Positions 9,953 to 23,799 are shown, counted from the stretch's first letter. The stretch: DNA of 64,000 nt from Chrysemys picta bellii (GCF_011386835.1 NC_088794.1:9176001-9240000); one strand, 5' to 3'. A program made the numbers and translations. Notes: generated by a model from the letters alone, not told the origin.

Positions 9953-12540
9953 GGTCACTGGGGGCGTAGGCCTAGGTGGAGCTGAAGGCGGGCGGGGGAG
10001 GGGGTTGGTTGGGGCTGGGGCCATGGCAGGTGTGAGCTGAGATGGTCAGGGCACAAGGCAGGAGCAAGTGGCTGGTGGCTGGATTCTCTGCACCCCTGAG
10101 CCAAGCAGCACCCCATGGAGCAGGATCAGACGGCTCGGATCAGAGCTCACCAGGGAAGGTGGTTCCTGCATCTTGCCGCACCAGTCCTCTCTTCCCCGCC
10201 TTGGTGCTGAACTCCCCGTCCAGTAGGAAGCGCCGTCTCCTAAACGCTCCTCCCACCAGTACCACCAATTTAGGCTAGGCCTGCTGGGGCAGAGCTCTCT
10301 CCTTTCATCATCCCAAGGAAGATAGGGCCCATGTTGGCCCCTGGCTCCAGTCTGCTTCTAACAAGGCTGCGCCATGGCGACAAACTCAGAGGTGCCCCAG
10401 GGGAGTGGCCCTTCTTTGCTGTATAGACCAGCCTCAGGCAGGCTGGACCTGCCCTCAGTGCTGCAGTTCGCCCAGGGGTCTATGCCACCTCCCACCCCAA
10501 GCCAATGCCACTTGAGGCTGGACTACACAGCAGGTTTGTTTATATTAAAAACAAAAGCCCACGGCCCGTTGTTGTGTTTTTGTTGTTACCAGGTTAAACC
10601 TGGGGTCGGCCGACACACTGACCCCCGGAGCGGCCTACTGAGCCATGCTCATCCTAGTTGCACTTTGTCACGCCTTCCTAAACTGCACTCCCCCCTGGAG
10701 TCTCTGTGGCTGGCGGCCCTGCCTGCAGACTCAGCAGACCTTGGCTTTCTCGAGGGGTTAGCTCTGAAATCTGGAAGGACCCTGCGCTCCAAACCAAAGC
10801 TCTCAATCCCAGAGCCCCCTGGGCCAGAGGGGGGCTGGCCGCTCCTGAGCCCCTGCACTTGGCTCTTCTGTAACGAAAGAGTCACAAAGCTCAGAGAGAA
10901 CAGAACCCAATTGAAGATCGAGGTATAACTGCTCGCCACATTTGTGGTCAGGAAAGAATTTCCCCCCAAGTCATGCTGGCAGGGAGGGCGCACACCATTC
11001 CTGGAAGTACTGGAATATCCAGTACTCTGGGGAGGTGTGAGTGACTACACTATCTCCCCCCAACTCTAACCCACTAGACCCCACTTCCTTCGCAGAGCTG
11101 GGGATAGAAACCAGGAGTCCTGACTCCCCCTTTCCGATCCCCCCTCTAACTCACTAGACCCCATTTCCTTCCCAGAGCTGGGAATAATTGGCTCAATGGA
11201 GATGGGGTCTGCTCCTGAAATGGGAGCTGTGACAGGGAGCATTTGTGGGGGGTTGCTCTTTCAGGGAAACAGTGTCAGCATAGCAGGAAGGCAGTGTTAT
11301 AGATGGGGTGGGGAGCTAGCTCCGAGGGTCTCTGGGGTGCGGGTGGGGTCTGGCTGGCACATAGCTCTGGCACATTCACTCTGAACAGCTGTGGGGGAGA
11401 TCTGGGTCTGAGCCCCATTCCAATGGGGGAAGGATCTGTTTGTTCTGAGGTTGGAAGGGAGCAGCTGAATCCAGTCTGGATGAATGCCAGGATGCTGCTA
11501 GGGGGAGGGGACAAGCTGCCCACATGTCAGACCCAGGAGACCAGTTATGATGTATTGGGAACCTGAGCTGGAGATGCCTGAGAATTCACTGCATCTGACA
11601 GCTCACTGTAGGGATCACAACTGCACAGACATTCTTGTACCGCTTACTCCCATCCCTAGACTGGGAATCGAACCCAAGAGTTCTGACTCTGCCCCCCTCA
11701 CCACCGCCACATTCTCTCAGTAGCTTTGACAGCGTGGTCTAGCGGCAAGACACTGGCCTGGGAATGAAACCTGCTGAGTTGAGCATTGAAGGGATTGTGA
11801 ATCAGACTGTTTACACCTTTTTTGTTCTTTTGGGAAATCAAATGACTGAGCAGCAGTTTGGAGAAAAGATGTCGGAGTTAAAATTGTTAAACAATAACAA
11901 AAACCACCAAAGAAAGAAAGAAACAAATAAAAACTTGACCCAGAACCAGGACTAAAATGCAGGGGACTGCTTATTGAAATGGCAAGTCTAATCAATGGAA
12001 TAAAGAGAAAAAAGAAACACACGAGTAACTGAAACAGAGAGGATTTATGGCAAGGTGCAAATGAAGGAGGGACTGAAAAAGATGTTACAAAGGAAAAAAA
12101 GTTTGGAAGAGGGTTTGGCAAGTAGAACACAGTAAGGTCTCCAAATGCAGCGTGGTAATGTCCAAGTCTCACCTCCTCATGAGATTAAGGTTGCCAATTT
12201 TGGTTGAACACATTCCTGGAGGTATCATCACATGACATAATCTTTAATTAAAGATGAATCTTTAATTCTTGGAGACTCCAGGACAATCCGGGAACATTGG
12301 CAACCCTACATCAGATGCTAGCAGTTGTTGCTAAACCCACAGATAAATATAACACATGACGGGCAGAGGTAAGGTTAATCACAAATATCCCTTAATTTGC
12401 TGCATCATTGTAGAGTCCTTGAGTTAAAAGCAAAATTCATCCTCCAGGGCAGAGTTAAGGTCATGAGTGCACATCCCTCTATTTCTGATGGTGTTGTTAG
12501 AATCCTGTAGCTAAAAGTGAACAAATACCCCCGATAGGGA

Positions 12541-12719
12541 GGAGGGATAGCTCAGTGGTTTGAGCATTGGCCTACTAAACCCAGGGTTGTGAATTCAATC
12601 CTTGAGGGGGCTATTTAGGGATGTGGGGCAAAAATCTGTCTGGGGATTGGTCTCCCTTTGAGCAGGGGGTTGGACTAGATGACCTCCTGAGGTCCTTTCC
12701 AACCCTGGTATTCTATGAT
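12541..12719 (+). mobile_element. Tortoise-type tRNA-derived SINE with CR1-like 3' tail
   Basis: A/B boxes GGATAGCTCAGTGG..GTGAATTCAATCC followed by GGACTAGATGACCTCCTGAGGTCCTTTCCAACCC..TTCTATGAT, the same tail seen on CR1 copies in this window. Confidence 0.85.
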
Positions 12720-15284
12720 ATTTGGGAGTTTGGACTTAATCCCTTCTGCCAAGATTTTCAGAAGTGACTAGAGATTTTAAGGCTGTGCGCATCCCAGCTC
12801 AATACCTTAAAGGGGTCCTGATTTTGGGAGGAAAAGTGCTCAACGCTTTATTCAGAATCAGGCCCTTTTAAAGATGTCCCAAACTAGGTCACCTTTTAGG
12901 CCACAGAGGTCCAATCCTGAAAGGATCATAGCAATGACGGCTTCTATCAACACTTCACAAGAAGCAGCCAGGTGCCGGATACATCTGAGAAGAGGTTCAC
13001 AGGTGTCTCTAAAGTGGCGCCTAATAAATACGGAGGATTCAGGAAAGAAGAGTTTAACCCAAACATTGTCTAAGTTGGGATTTCTGCTGATTGCAGCTGC
13101 TCGTCATGTACCTGTCCCAATGTAACCCCCTAGGGAAGACTATGGAAATCACTACTTCTATTGGTGCAGCTGATGTCTTGAATCGGGGCAGATTTCCAGC
13201 ATACAAAAGATCTTGAAATCCCCTCAGGAAATCTGATCTAGAACTGGTTACAATATTTTTGAGAAAGAAAGAAACATTTTATTTTCAAATCACAATTTCG
13301 GTCTGGATTTAAAAAAAAAGTTTTCAATTTGGGGATTTTGGGGTTATTTTTTCCCCTCTTTTTTTCCTCACTGCAAATGATGGGTGAAAGTAGAAGTGAG
13401 ACAGAAAGTGTGTTTGAGGCGAGGAGAGCAAAGCAAAAAAATCCAATTGGAAATTAAACAGAAATGTGCATTTTGTAATCACCAGTCAAAATGTTTTGTT
13501 GAAAATAACGTTTTCATGAGAAAAACTCCATTTTTCACTCAACTTCATTTTTTGCCAGGAATAGGTTTTGCTTACAAAATGTCAATTCACTCTAATTAAT
13601 TTAATCCCATTGAATTTAGAAACCAAATTCTCTTCAACTCCTTTGAAAAATCCCAGCTGGGAAGTCGAACTCCTAACATCCAAATCCAAGTGGAGGAGTC
13701 CTAACAACAGTAGCCCAGTCTTTAACAAAACACTTCCTGAAGGGCGGAGTTAAGGTTATTAATGGCTATCCCTTAATTTGTGATACTGTTGTTAGACTCC
13801 TGTAGTTAACAAAGTTTTTTGCCTGGTGAAGAAAAACCTTTCCTTGGTTTTTATTTTTTGTTTTGTGTTGTAACAAATAAAACAAAAAGTGTAGGTTGTT
13901 ATTTCTAATCTTCCCTAAGTATTATTTTTAAGTGTTGGTTTTCTAAGAAAATGAACACACAAAAGTTTTGGGAAAAGAATGGAGGAAAACATTACTTTTC
14001 ATATTACATATATAAAACCAGGGAGGTTTCAATCAAATAGGAGCAATTGTGTGACACTTCCAAAAAGGCTTGAAAAGCAAGGAGCCAATTCCATTGTGAT
14101 GTGTTGTTTATTCTTGTATATCCAACCCATGGGTTCTCAGCCCCCAAAGGTGATTATTACAGGATCTGAAGGAATTTGGGCACGTGACTGTCTTCCAAAG
14201 CTGATCAGATGCTGGCCATCCAAAGACTTTTAGGTGGGAAATGTCGTCCTGTCCCGTCCCATCCCCCTGGTCTTTTGTTGTTGTTGACAAAACATTTTTT
14301 TTCCCCTAGAAATTTCCATGGCATTGAAAAATACCTGGAAACTGTTTGGGTTTTGGGAACCCAAATTTTCTCAGCTTTAAATTTGTTGACAAAAACCCTG
14401 AACATTTTCCACAAAAGTTTAGATGAAAAATTTCAAGGAAACACATTTTTCCCAACCATGTTTTCATTAAAACATTTCATGGGGACAAACAAATCATTTC
14501 CTGACCAGCTCTCGTCCGTTAGCCCCAATCCCAACCCCAATGCATGATGCCATGCTACCCTGAGCTAAAGGGGTAACTCCCCCAGCTGTGAGTGAGCAGT
14601 GGGTATTGTAGTAGCCAGGGCTGTGCACTAGAGGGAGACATGGCCACAGGCATTAAGCCAATGAATTACACCTTAGCCTTAGAATTCTGGCTATAAGTTC
14701 AGCCTCTGGTGGATTCCTAAACCCTTCACAACTGTGAGACACATGAACAAATTCCACCAACTCCACTGGGATTGGAGTGGGTTCACAAATATCTCCAAAA
14801 TTTAACCCCAGCAGCATGGCCACTCTAAGCATTCAAAAATCACGAGCCAGCCCCCAGAATAATCATGGCTTAAAAACATCATGAGAGGTTGAAAATCGTA
14901 AATGGAAGGGTCTGTTTAGTCACAATTCTGAGCCATTTGGAGTAATTTTCCCAGCTTTTCTCCCCAACCATGAAGATCAGAAAATAACTTTTTTAAAAAG
15001 CTGAGATTTTCCAATAGTCACATGACTTGGGGGGGCGGGGGGAAATATCACCAACAATTTCGATTACAAGAAAAAAAGTGTCTTGTTCCAGAACCAGATT
15101 GACTTAGTAAAACTGTTTTTCTTTCTGTCCCTTGATCAGCTGTAGCACTAAACCTGCTCCCTGTCCCTCTCTAGTGGCTGGATAAAGGATTACAAGTCTG
15201 TATCACCCTCTTGGCCCGGTAACTCAAGCAACAGAGGAGCCCCGGGTTCAATCCCCACCCAGGGCAGCCGGGGACTGGAGGGGC

Positions 15285-16654
15285 TTAGTTGGCAGGTGGG
15301 GAGGGGAGTTCGTTATCGCCATCGTCCACCACAATAATAGTGGCATGGAGCTTCCGGTGCTGCGCCAGCTGCGAGGGAAAGCAGAACCCTTTGCCGCATT
15401 GGTGGCAGCGGTGGGGCCGCTCACCGGTGTGGATGGCCTGGTGTTGCACCAGGTTGGAGCTCTGGGCAAAGGCGCGGCCACACTGCCCACAGGCAAAGGG
15501 CCGCTCACCGCTATGGGTCAGTTGGTGCTTGCGCAGCACTTTGCCATCAGCGAAGCCCTTGCCGCAGTGGTGGCAGCGGTAGGGCCGCTCCCCACTGTGC
15601 AGCCGCTGGTGCCTCAAGAAGCTGGAGCTATCACTGAAGGCCCGGCCACATTTGGGGCACTTGTATGGGCGCTCCCCAGTATGCGTGCGCAGGTGCTGCG
15701 TCAGGTTGGAGCTCTGGGCAAATGCCTTGCCGCACTGGTGGCAGTGGTGGGGTTTCTCACCAGTGTGGACTCGCTGATGCTGTGTGAGGTGTGAACTCAT
15801 GCTGAAAGTTTTCCCACACTCAGTGCACCGGAAGGGCCGCTCCCCGGTGTGGATCCTCAGGTGCTTGAGGAGCGGGGAGCGGTCCACAAAGCCCTTGTGG
15901 CACTGGGGACAGCGATGGGGGTTGTCAGGGCTGTGCAGCCGCTGGTGCTTGGCCAACTGGGAGCGCAGACAGAACCCCTTCCCGCACTGTGGGCAGATGA
16001 AAGGCTTCTCCGCCAGGTGGGTCTTCTGGTGCTGCGTCAGGTTGGAGCTCTGGCTGAACCCTTTGCCACACTGGTGGCAGCGGTGGGGTTTCTCGCCAGT
16101 GTGGGTGTACCGGTGCTCGATCAGGTGTGCCCGACGGCCAAATGCCCTCCCACAGTCGGGGCAGCAGTAAGGTCGCTCCCCAGCATGGGTGCGTCGGTGC
16201 TGGGCCAGCCGGGAGCTGTCGGCGAAGCCGCGTCCACAGCTGGGGCAACTGTAGGGGCGCTCGCCTGTGTGGGTACGGGCATGCTTGGTGAGTGACGAAC
16301 TGTCCACAAAGCCTTTGCCACACTGGGGGCAGGTGTAGGGGCGCTCTCCTGTGTGGGTCCGGCCGTGCTTAACTAGGGACGAGCTGTCGGCGAAGCCTTT
16401 GCCGCAGTCGGCACAGCGGTAAGGGCGCTCACCCGTGTGCATGCGCCGGTGCTGCACCAGGTGTGAGGGCCAGGTGAAGGCTTTGCCGCAGTCGGCACAG
16501 TTGTAGGGTTTCCCTGAGTTGGCAGTGGGGAGCGTCATCGGCGGCCACTCCCGGTCGGGGCTGGGGGACAACTCCCACTCGGACCCGCCTGACAGCGCCC
16601 CATCCTCCGGGCCAGGACTCCCCTCCTTGTCCCCACTCTGCGCCTCGTTGCCAG
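15285..16654 (-). CDS. ZNF gene B, C2H2 zinc-finger exon (14 fingers); spliced CDS ~482 aa
   Basis: Acceptor TTCCAG|16654; 14 canonical fingers; C-terminal tail [11 protein letters not shown]. Confidence 0.93.
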
Positions 16655-17418
16655 CTGGAACGACATGAAAACAGATCACCACTCACTGGGCTGAAAAACC
16701 GTCTCCCAACCCACCCTCTAGAGACGGAGCTGGCTGGGAGCCAGTGTCCCAGCACGACACGCAGGCTAGGAGAGGTATCATGGGTTGAAATCCAGGATGT
16801 GCTGGGTTTATGAGGCATGCATTTTTAACAGTGAGAGTAATCAACCATAGGGACAACCTACCAAGGGTTGTGGCGGATTCTCCATGACAAGTTTTAAAGC
16901 AAGTGTGGAGGTTTTTCTAAAAGATCCGGCCTAGTTCAAACAGGAATTAACTCAGGGAAGTTCTCTGGCCTGTGTGATACAGCACAACAGACTAGATAAT
17001 CACAGTGGTCCCTTCTAGCCTTGGAATCCATGATTCCATGGACTACAATGGGGCCAGGACTTCGCCTGTGGATGTCAAGGCCGAAGAGCCCATTGTGCCC
17101 ATCCAGTCGGCCTCCTGTGTAACCCAGGCCAGAGAACTTCACCCAGTATCAAGGTCCTTGGCTGTATAACTTCATAGATTCCAAGGCCACAAGAGACTGT
17201 TGTGATCATCTCGTCTGACTTCCTGTATAACACAGGTCAGAGACCTGCCTCCAAATCTTTCCTCGGGCAGAGCTTTTAGAAAAACATCTAAACTTGATTT
17301 TAAAACTGTCAGGGATGGAGAATCCACCACGATCCTTTTGGATACTGTTCCAGTGGTTCATTACTCTCAACGTTAAAAATGTACCCCTTACTTCCAGTCT
17401 GAATTTGTCTAAGCTTCA

Positions 17419-20400
17419 TATTGTAGGAATAATCGAAACGTGGTGGAACGGTAGTCATGACTGGAGTACAGGTATGGAAGGGTATGTGCTGTGTAGGAAG
17501 GACCGGAACAAAGGCAAAGGTGGGGGAGTAGCATTGTATGTCAATAATGAGGTAAACTGTAAAGAAATAATAAGTGATGGAATGGATAAGACGGAGTCCG
17601 TCTGGGCGATAATCACACTGGGTAAAAGAACTACTAGAGCCTCCCCTGGGATAGTGCTTGGGGTGTGCTATAGACCGCCGGGATCTAGCCTGGATATGGA
17701 CAGAGAACTCTTTAATGTTTTTAGGGAAGTAAATACTAATAGGAACTGTGTAATCATGGGAGACTTTAACTTCCCGGATATAGACTGGGGAACAAATGCT
17801 AGTAACAATAATAGGGCTCAGATTTTCCTAGACGTGATAGCTGATGAATTCCTTCATCAAGTAGTTGCTGAACCGACGAGGGGGGATGCCATTTTAGATT
17901 TGGTTTTGGTGAGTAGTGAGGACTTCGTTGAGGAAATGGTCGTAGGGGACAACCTTGGCTCGAGTGATCATGAGCTAATTCGGTTTAAACTAAATGGAAG
18001 GATCAACAGAATTAAATCGGAGACTAAGGTTTACGATTTCAAAAGGGCTAACTTTAATAAATTAAGGCGACTAGTTAGGGAAGTGGATTGGACTAACATA
18101 TTTATGGATCTAAAGGTGGAAGGCGCCTGGGATTATTTCAAGTTGAAGTTGCAGGAGCTGTCGGAGGCTTGTATCCCGAGAAAGGGAAAACGGTTCGTGG
18201 GCAGGAGATTTAGACCGAGCTGGATGAGCGAGCGTCTCAGAGGGGTGATTAAGAAAAAACAGAAAGCGTACAAGGAGTGGAAGATGGGAGGGATCAGCAA
18301 AGAAACCTACCTTATTGAGGTCAGAGCATGTAGAAATGGAGTGAGAAAGGCCAAAAGCCGTGTAAAGTTGGACCTTGCGAGGGGAATTAAAACCAATAGT
18401 AAGAGGTTTTATAGTCATATAAATAGGAAGAAAACAAAGAAAGAAGAAGTGGGACCGCTTAAGACTGTAGATGGAGTGGAGATTAAGGATAATCTAGGCA
18501 TGGCACAATGTCTAAACAAATATTTTGCATCGGTCTTTAATGAGGCTAATGAAGGGCTTAGGAATAGTGGCAGCGTGACGGATGGGAAGAAAGGAGGGGG
18601 GGTTGACATTATCATATCCGAGGTAGAAGCCAAACTCGAACAGCTTAATGGGACTAAATCGGGCGGACCGGATGATCTTCATCCGAGAATATTAAAGGAA
18701 CTGGCGTGAGAAATTGCAAGCCCGTTAGCAATAATTTTTAATGAATCGGTAAACTCGGGGGTGGTACCGTTTGACTGGAGAATAGCTAATGTGGTTCCTA
18801 TTTTCAAGAAGGGGAAAAAAAGTGACCCGGGTAACTACAGGCCTGTTAGTTTAACATCTGTAATATGCAAGGTCTTGGAAAAAAATTTGAAGGAGAGAGT
18901 AGTTAAGGACCTTGAGGTCAATGGCAATTGGGACAAATTACAACACGGTTTTACGAAAGGTAGATCGTGCCAAACCAACCTGATCTCCTTCTTTGAGAAA
19001 GTAACAGATTTTTTAGATAAAGGAAATGCGGAGGATCTAATATACCTCGATTTCAGCAAAGTGTTTGATACGGTACCGCATGAGGAATTATTGGTTAAAT
19101 TGGAAAAGATGGGGATCGATATGAAAATCCAGAGGTGGATAAAGAACTGGTTAAAGGGGAGACTGCAGCGGGTCGTACTGAAAAGTGAACTGTCAGGTTG
19201 GAGGGAGGTTACCAGTGGAGTTCCTCAAGGTTCGGTTTTGGGTCCGATTTTATTTAATCTATTTATTACTGACCTCGGAACCGAATGTAGGAGTGTGCTG
19301 ATAAAGTTTGCTGATGACACAAAGTTGGGAGGTATTGCCAATTCGGAGAAGGATCGGGATATCCTGCAGGGAGATTTGGATGACCTTGTAAACTAGAGTA
19401 ATAGTAATAGGATGAAATTTAATAGTGAGAAGTGTAAGGTTATGCATTTAGGGATGACTAACAAGAATTTTAGTTATAAGCTGGGGACGCATCGGTTGGA
19501 AGTAACGGAAGAGGAGAAGGACCTCGGAGTCCTGGTTGATCGCAGGATGACTATGAGTCAGCAATGTGACGTGGCCGTGAAAAAAGCTAATGCGGTCTTG
19601 GGATGCATTAGGCGAGGTATTTCTAGTAGGGATAGGGAGGTGCTGGTTCCATTATACAAGGCACTGGTGAGACCTCATTTGGAGTACTGTGTGCAGTTCT
19701 GGTCTCCCATGTTTAAAAAGGATGAATTCAAACTGGAACGGGTACAGAGAAGGGCCATTAGGATGATCCGAGGAATGGAAAACCTGTCGTATGAAAGGAG
19801 ACTCGGGGAGCTCGGTTTGTTTACCTTAACCAAAAGAAGGCTGAGGGGGGATATGATTGCTCTCTTTAAATATATCAGAGGGATAAATACCAGAGAGGGA
19901 GAGGAATTATTTCAGCTCAGTAATAATGTGGACACAAGAACAAATGGATATAAACTGGCCGTCGGGAAGTTTAGGCTTGAAATTAGACGAAGGTTTCTAA
20001 CCATCAGAGGGGTGAAGTTCTGGAACAGCCTTCCGAGGGAAACAGTGGGGGCGAAAGACCTCTCTGGCTTTAAGATTAAGCTTGATAAGTTTATGGAGGG
20101 GACGGTTTGATGGGATAACGTGATTTTAGTCAATAGGTCAATAACGTGCCATCGCTGGTAATTAGTAACAATGGTCAATGATGGGATATTAAAAGTTACT
20201 ACAGAGAACTTTTTCCGGAGGGTCTGGCTGGAGAATCTTGACCGCATGCTCAGGGTTCAGCTGATCGCCATATTTCGGGTCGGGAAGGAATTTTCCTCCA
20301 GGGTAGATTGGCAGAGGCCCAGGAGGTTTTTCGCCTTCCTCCGCAGCATGGGGCAGGGGTCACTTGCTGGGCAGGGGTCGCTTGCTGGAGGATTCTCTAC

Positions 20401-20563
20401 GACTTGAAGTCTTTAAATCATGATTTGGGGACTTCAACAGCTGAGTCAAGGGAGAGAATTATTCCAGGAGTGGGTGGGTCGGCTTTTGTGGCCTGCATAA
20501 TGTGGGAGGTCAGACTAGATGATCATAATGGTCCCTTCTGACCTTAAAGTCTATGAGTCTATA
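17419..20563 (+). mobile_element. Young 5'-truncated CR1 LINE: near-complete ORF2 (APE endonuclease + RT) plus 3' UTR
   Basis: GIIETWW, GDFNFPDIDW, SDH (EN); YLDFSKVFD, GVPQGSVLGP, FADD (RT); one frame to 20110 with only two in-frame stops (18707-9, 19394-6); splits an older antiparallel CR1 at AAGCTTC|AACTTCCAG. Confidence 0.95.
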
Positions 20564-21039
20564 ACTTCCAGCGATTGGATTGTGTTGGACCTTTCTCTGT
20601 CCCCATGTAGATACTTATAGACTGTGGTCAAGTCACCCCTTAACCTTCTCTTTATTAAATTCAATTGTTTGAGCTTCTGGAGTCTCTCACTATAAGGCAG
20701 GTTTCCTAATCCTTTAATCATTCTTGTGGCTCTTCTCTGAATCCCTCTCCAATTTTTAAGCATCCTGCTTGGATTGTGGACACCAGAACTGGACACAGAA
20801 TTCTAAGAGCGGTTGGACCAATGACAAATACAGAGATAAAATAACCTCTCTGCTTCTATTAGAGATTCCCTTGTTTATGCATCCAAGGACTGCACTAGCC
20901 CTTTTGGCCACAGACCATGTTTACCAGGGAGGGGAATTAACCACTGGAACAGCTCCCCTAGGAATGGGGTGGATTCTCCAAGAGATGAGTACACATGGGG
21001 CAGAGAGATGAACATGGATGGAGATAGGCTGACAGGGTT

Positions 21040-21355
21040 AGAATCATAGAAGATTAGGATTGGAAGGAACCTCAGGAGGTCATCTAGTCCAACCCCCTGC
21101 TCAAAGCAGGACCAATCCCCAACTAAATCATCCCAGCCAGGGCTTTGTCAAGCCTGACCTTAAAAACCTCTAAGGAAGGAGATTCCACCACCTCCCTAGG
21201 TAACCCATTCCAGTGCTTCACCACCCTTCTAGTTAAAGTTTTTCCTAATATCCAACCTAAACCTCCCCACTGCAACTTGAGACCATTACTCCTTGTTCTG
21301 TCATCTGCCACCACTGAGAACAGTCTAGATCCATCCTCTTTGGAACCCCCTTTAA
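21040..21355 (-). mobile_element. CR1 3' fragment
   Basis: [33 protein letters not shown] and the TTCTATGATTCT-type tail. Confidence 0.9.
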
Positions 21356-22349
21356 CTCGCCAATGTAGCCCAGTTTGTGAGTTGTGTACACTTCTATAGC
21401 AATCACTGTTAGCATGATCTGCCAACCAATAATTAATTTAAGGCCAGCAGGGCCCATCATAACCACCCAGTCCACCCTCCAATGGCTATTAGCCAAGATG
21501 GTTAGAGATGCAACCCCATGCTCTGGGTGCCCCCAAACCTCTGACTGACAGAAGCTGGGACTGGACGACAGGGGATGGATCACTCAGTAAGTTGCCCTGT
21601 TCTGTTCATTCCCTCTGAAGCATTTGGCACCTGTCGGAAGACAGGACACTGGGCAACATAGACCATAGGTCTGACCCAGTATGGCCATTCTTATGTTCTC
21701 CTTCCTAACGCAGGCCAGAGAATCTCCCCAGCAATTCCCTCCTCCACCCAGTAACTCCTGGCTGAACAACATGTGTCTATTTAACTGGAGAAATGTGAGA
21801 AACATTTAGTTTGACAAATCTGAGAATTCACAAGGCAGAACAAATTTATAATAAGGCTCCATTTATAAATGATTCTTAGATGTCTTGAAGAATGGTGAGT
21901 GACTGGATAGAGCAGCTCAATAAGCTACTTAAACCCATGGTGTATAATTATTATTACTATTAGTGCGATTTATTTATATTACTGCAGCATTTAGGAGCCC
22001 ACGTGGTGGACAAAGACCTCATTGTCCTAGCCCTATACAAACACCAAACAAAACCATCTACACACCTTGTAGTGCTTATAACCATCCACTACACACGCCT
22101 GTTCCACGCTGTGAACATCTGTGCCTCGTGGATTAACACTTTACCTGCCATTTATAAACAGAAGTGTGTCTGACAAAACAAATCCATCCCGAATGTCTCA
22201 GATTACTTATCCAGCTGGAGTCACAACTGACCCCTGTCACATTGATGTGGCAGCTGTTGGTTCCAGTGCCGAACTGGACGAGATGAGGCAGGACCGGACG
22301 GGCTCAGGGCATCTTGGGGAGCCAGGGTTAGTTAAGAAGTGTCTCTCAC

Positions 22350-22428
22350 CTGCAGAAGTGTCTGTAGGGACACAGCTGTCACTGGAGCACTGGGGATCCA
22401 GCGTGCACGGCTCTACCTCTGGCTCCAT
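22350..22428 (-). CDS. ZNF gene B, degenerate KRAB-B-derived first coding exon (exon 22467-22350)
   Basis: Acceptor TCTTCAG|22467, frame ISTPQTSRESQMEPEVEPCTLDPQCS, donor CAG|GTGAG at 22349; 79 coding nt, phase 1 joins 16654 in frame. Confidence 0.65.
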
Positions 22429-23149
22429 CTGGGACTCACGGCTGGTCTGGGGGGTGGAAATCCAGCCCTGAAGACAGAAAAGAGGGGCGACCAGGGCTGG
22501 GTTGAACAGCTGTTACAAAGGACGCTCTGTGAGTTTGAACTTCTTGCCTGGAGGGACATATGATTGCGGCACATGGCAAAAAGGGCCAGGAGACCCATGG
22601 GCACAGCATGGGGGTCCTGAAGACAAAACATCTGGGTGGAAGACGTGCTAATGTGACAGGCAATGGGGATCAAACGAGGGATCTTTGGGGCCAGAGGTAC
22701 CAGCCTCTACTGCCAGGGGCCTCATCCACGCCTAAAAATTAGCTCGACCTAGCGGCATCGCTCAGGGCTGTGAAAAATGTCACGGGCTGTGCTGTAGTTA
22801 GGCCCAATACAGATGTGGCCAGGTCAAGGGGAGAAGTCTTCCTTGGTCCTAGCTACTGCCTGTGGGAGAGGTACATAAACTACATCCCTTCCACTGCTGT
22901 AGGAAGCACCTATGCCGTGGAGTTAGCAGGACAGCACTGTCCCTGTGCCCCTACAGTGTAGACATGGGCATGCCCCGAGCTCCAAGTGCAGCCAGACTCC
23001 GCAGCAGGGGCTGGAACAGAGACTCTCTAGCGGGGACCCTGCGCGCTGCCCAGGGGCTAAGCAGAGAGACAAGGGGCGGGGGCGGTTATATCTTCTATAG
23101 GACCAGCTGGCAGGGAGGGGGGATCTCTCTGGTCCCAGGCACAGGGCAG

Positions 23150-23432
23150 CTCAGATCCCCGGCCCTGCGGCCGCTTCCTCCCGACAGCGATTTCCTCCCT
23201 CTGCGGCTGTTTCCCTCCCGCCCCGGAGCCGCGTCTGCCCCGCTCACCGCCCTGCCGGGGCCCGGGGCTGCAGCCGGGGACTGGCCCTGCGCACACACAG
23301 GCCGGGAGCCGGGCTGGGGACCCAAGTGTCGGTCGGGGCTGGCACAGGAAGGTCCCTCTAGTTATTACGTCCCCAACCCGGGCCGGCTTCTCCTGCTCTG
23401 ATCTGGGGTGAGGAACTCGGTGGGTTTAACCC
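23150..23432 (-). promoter_or_regulatory. Shared promoter/leader-exon module, copy 3 (upstream of ZNF B); exon ~23356-23248
   Basis: Minus strand: GGGTTAAA 23432, GGGACCTTCCTGTGCCAGCC 23356, donor GGCG|GTGAGC (23247), GCAGAGGGAGGAAATCGCTG...GGGATCTGAGC. Confidence 0.7.
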
Positions 23433-23799
23433 ATCCCTCCCCAGACGTCAAGGGAGCGGATTTCTCTCCCTCTCGGGCCTCTGGCTGCCTGCGGGAGTGA
23501 GAGGCTGGGTCCACACAGCTCACACAGGATGTCAAGCTGCTTGGAGTGGCTCATCAACGTGGGTGCCAGCCTCAGGGCCGAGTGATGCAAACCAGGGCAC
23601 AAACCCCAACCCGGTTGTGTGTTCTATTACATAGATTTCACCAACCTAGTATCAAATGTGAACTCCTCCAGCGCTATAATAACTACTTTAACTGGAGTCA
23701 CTGGCAGTTGCCATGGGCACTCGGTCTAGCTTGCCCCCCGGGCAAACCTGCTTTTGTGAGAGATGATCCCTGACACCAAAAATTACAACAATAGTCAGA

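Noticed and set aside
12541-12615. tRNA gene
   Set aside because: A/B boxes run directly into a CR1-type tail; this is a SINE head, not a tRNA gene.
17294-17418. N-terminal part of the 471-aa CR1 ORF
   Set aside because: It lies in the older antiparallel CR1 that was the insertion target; the ORF continuity is accidental.
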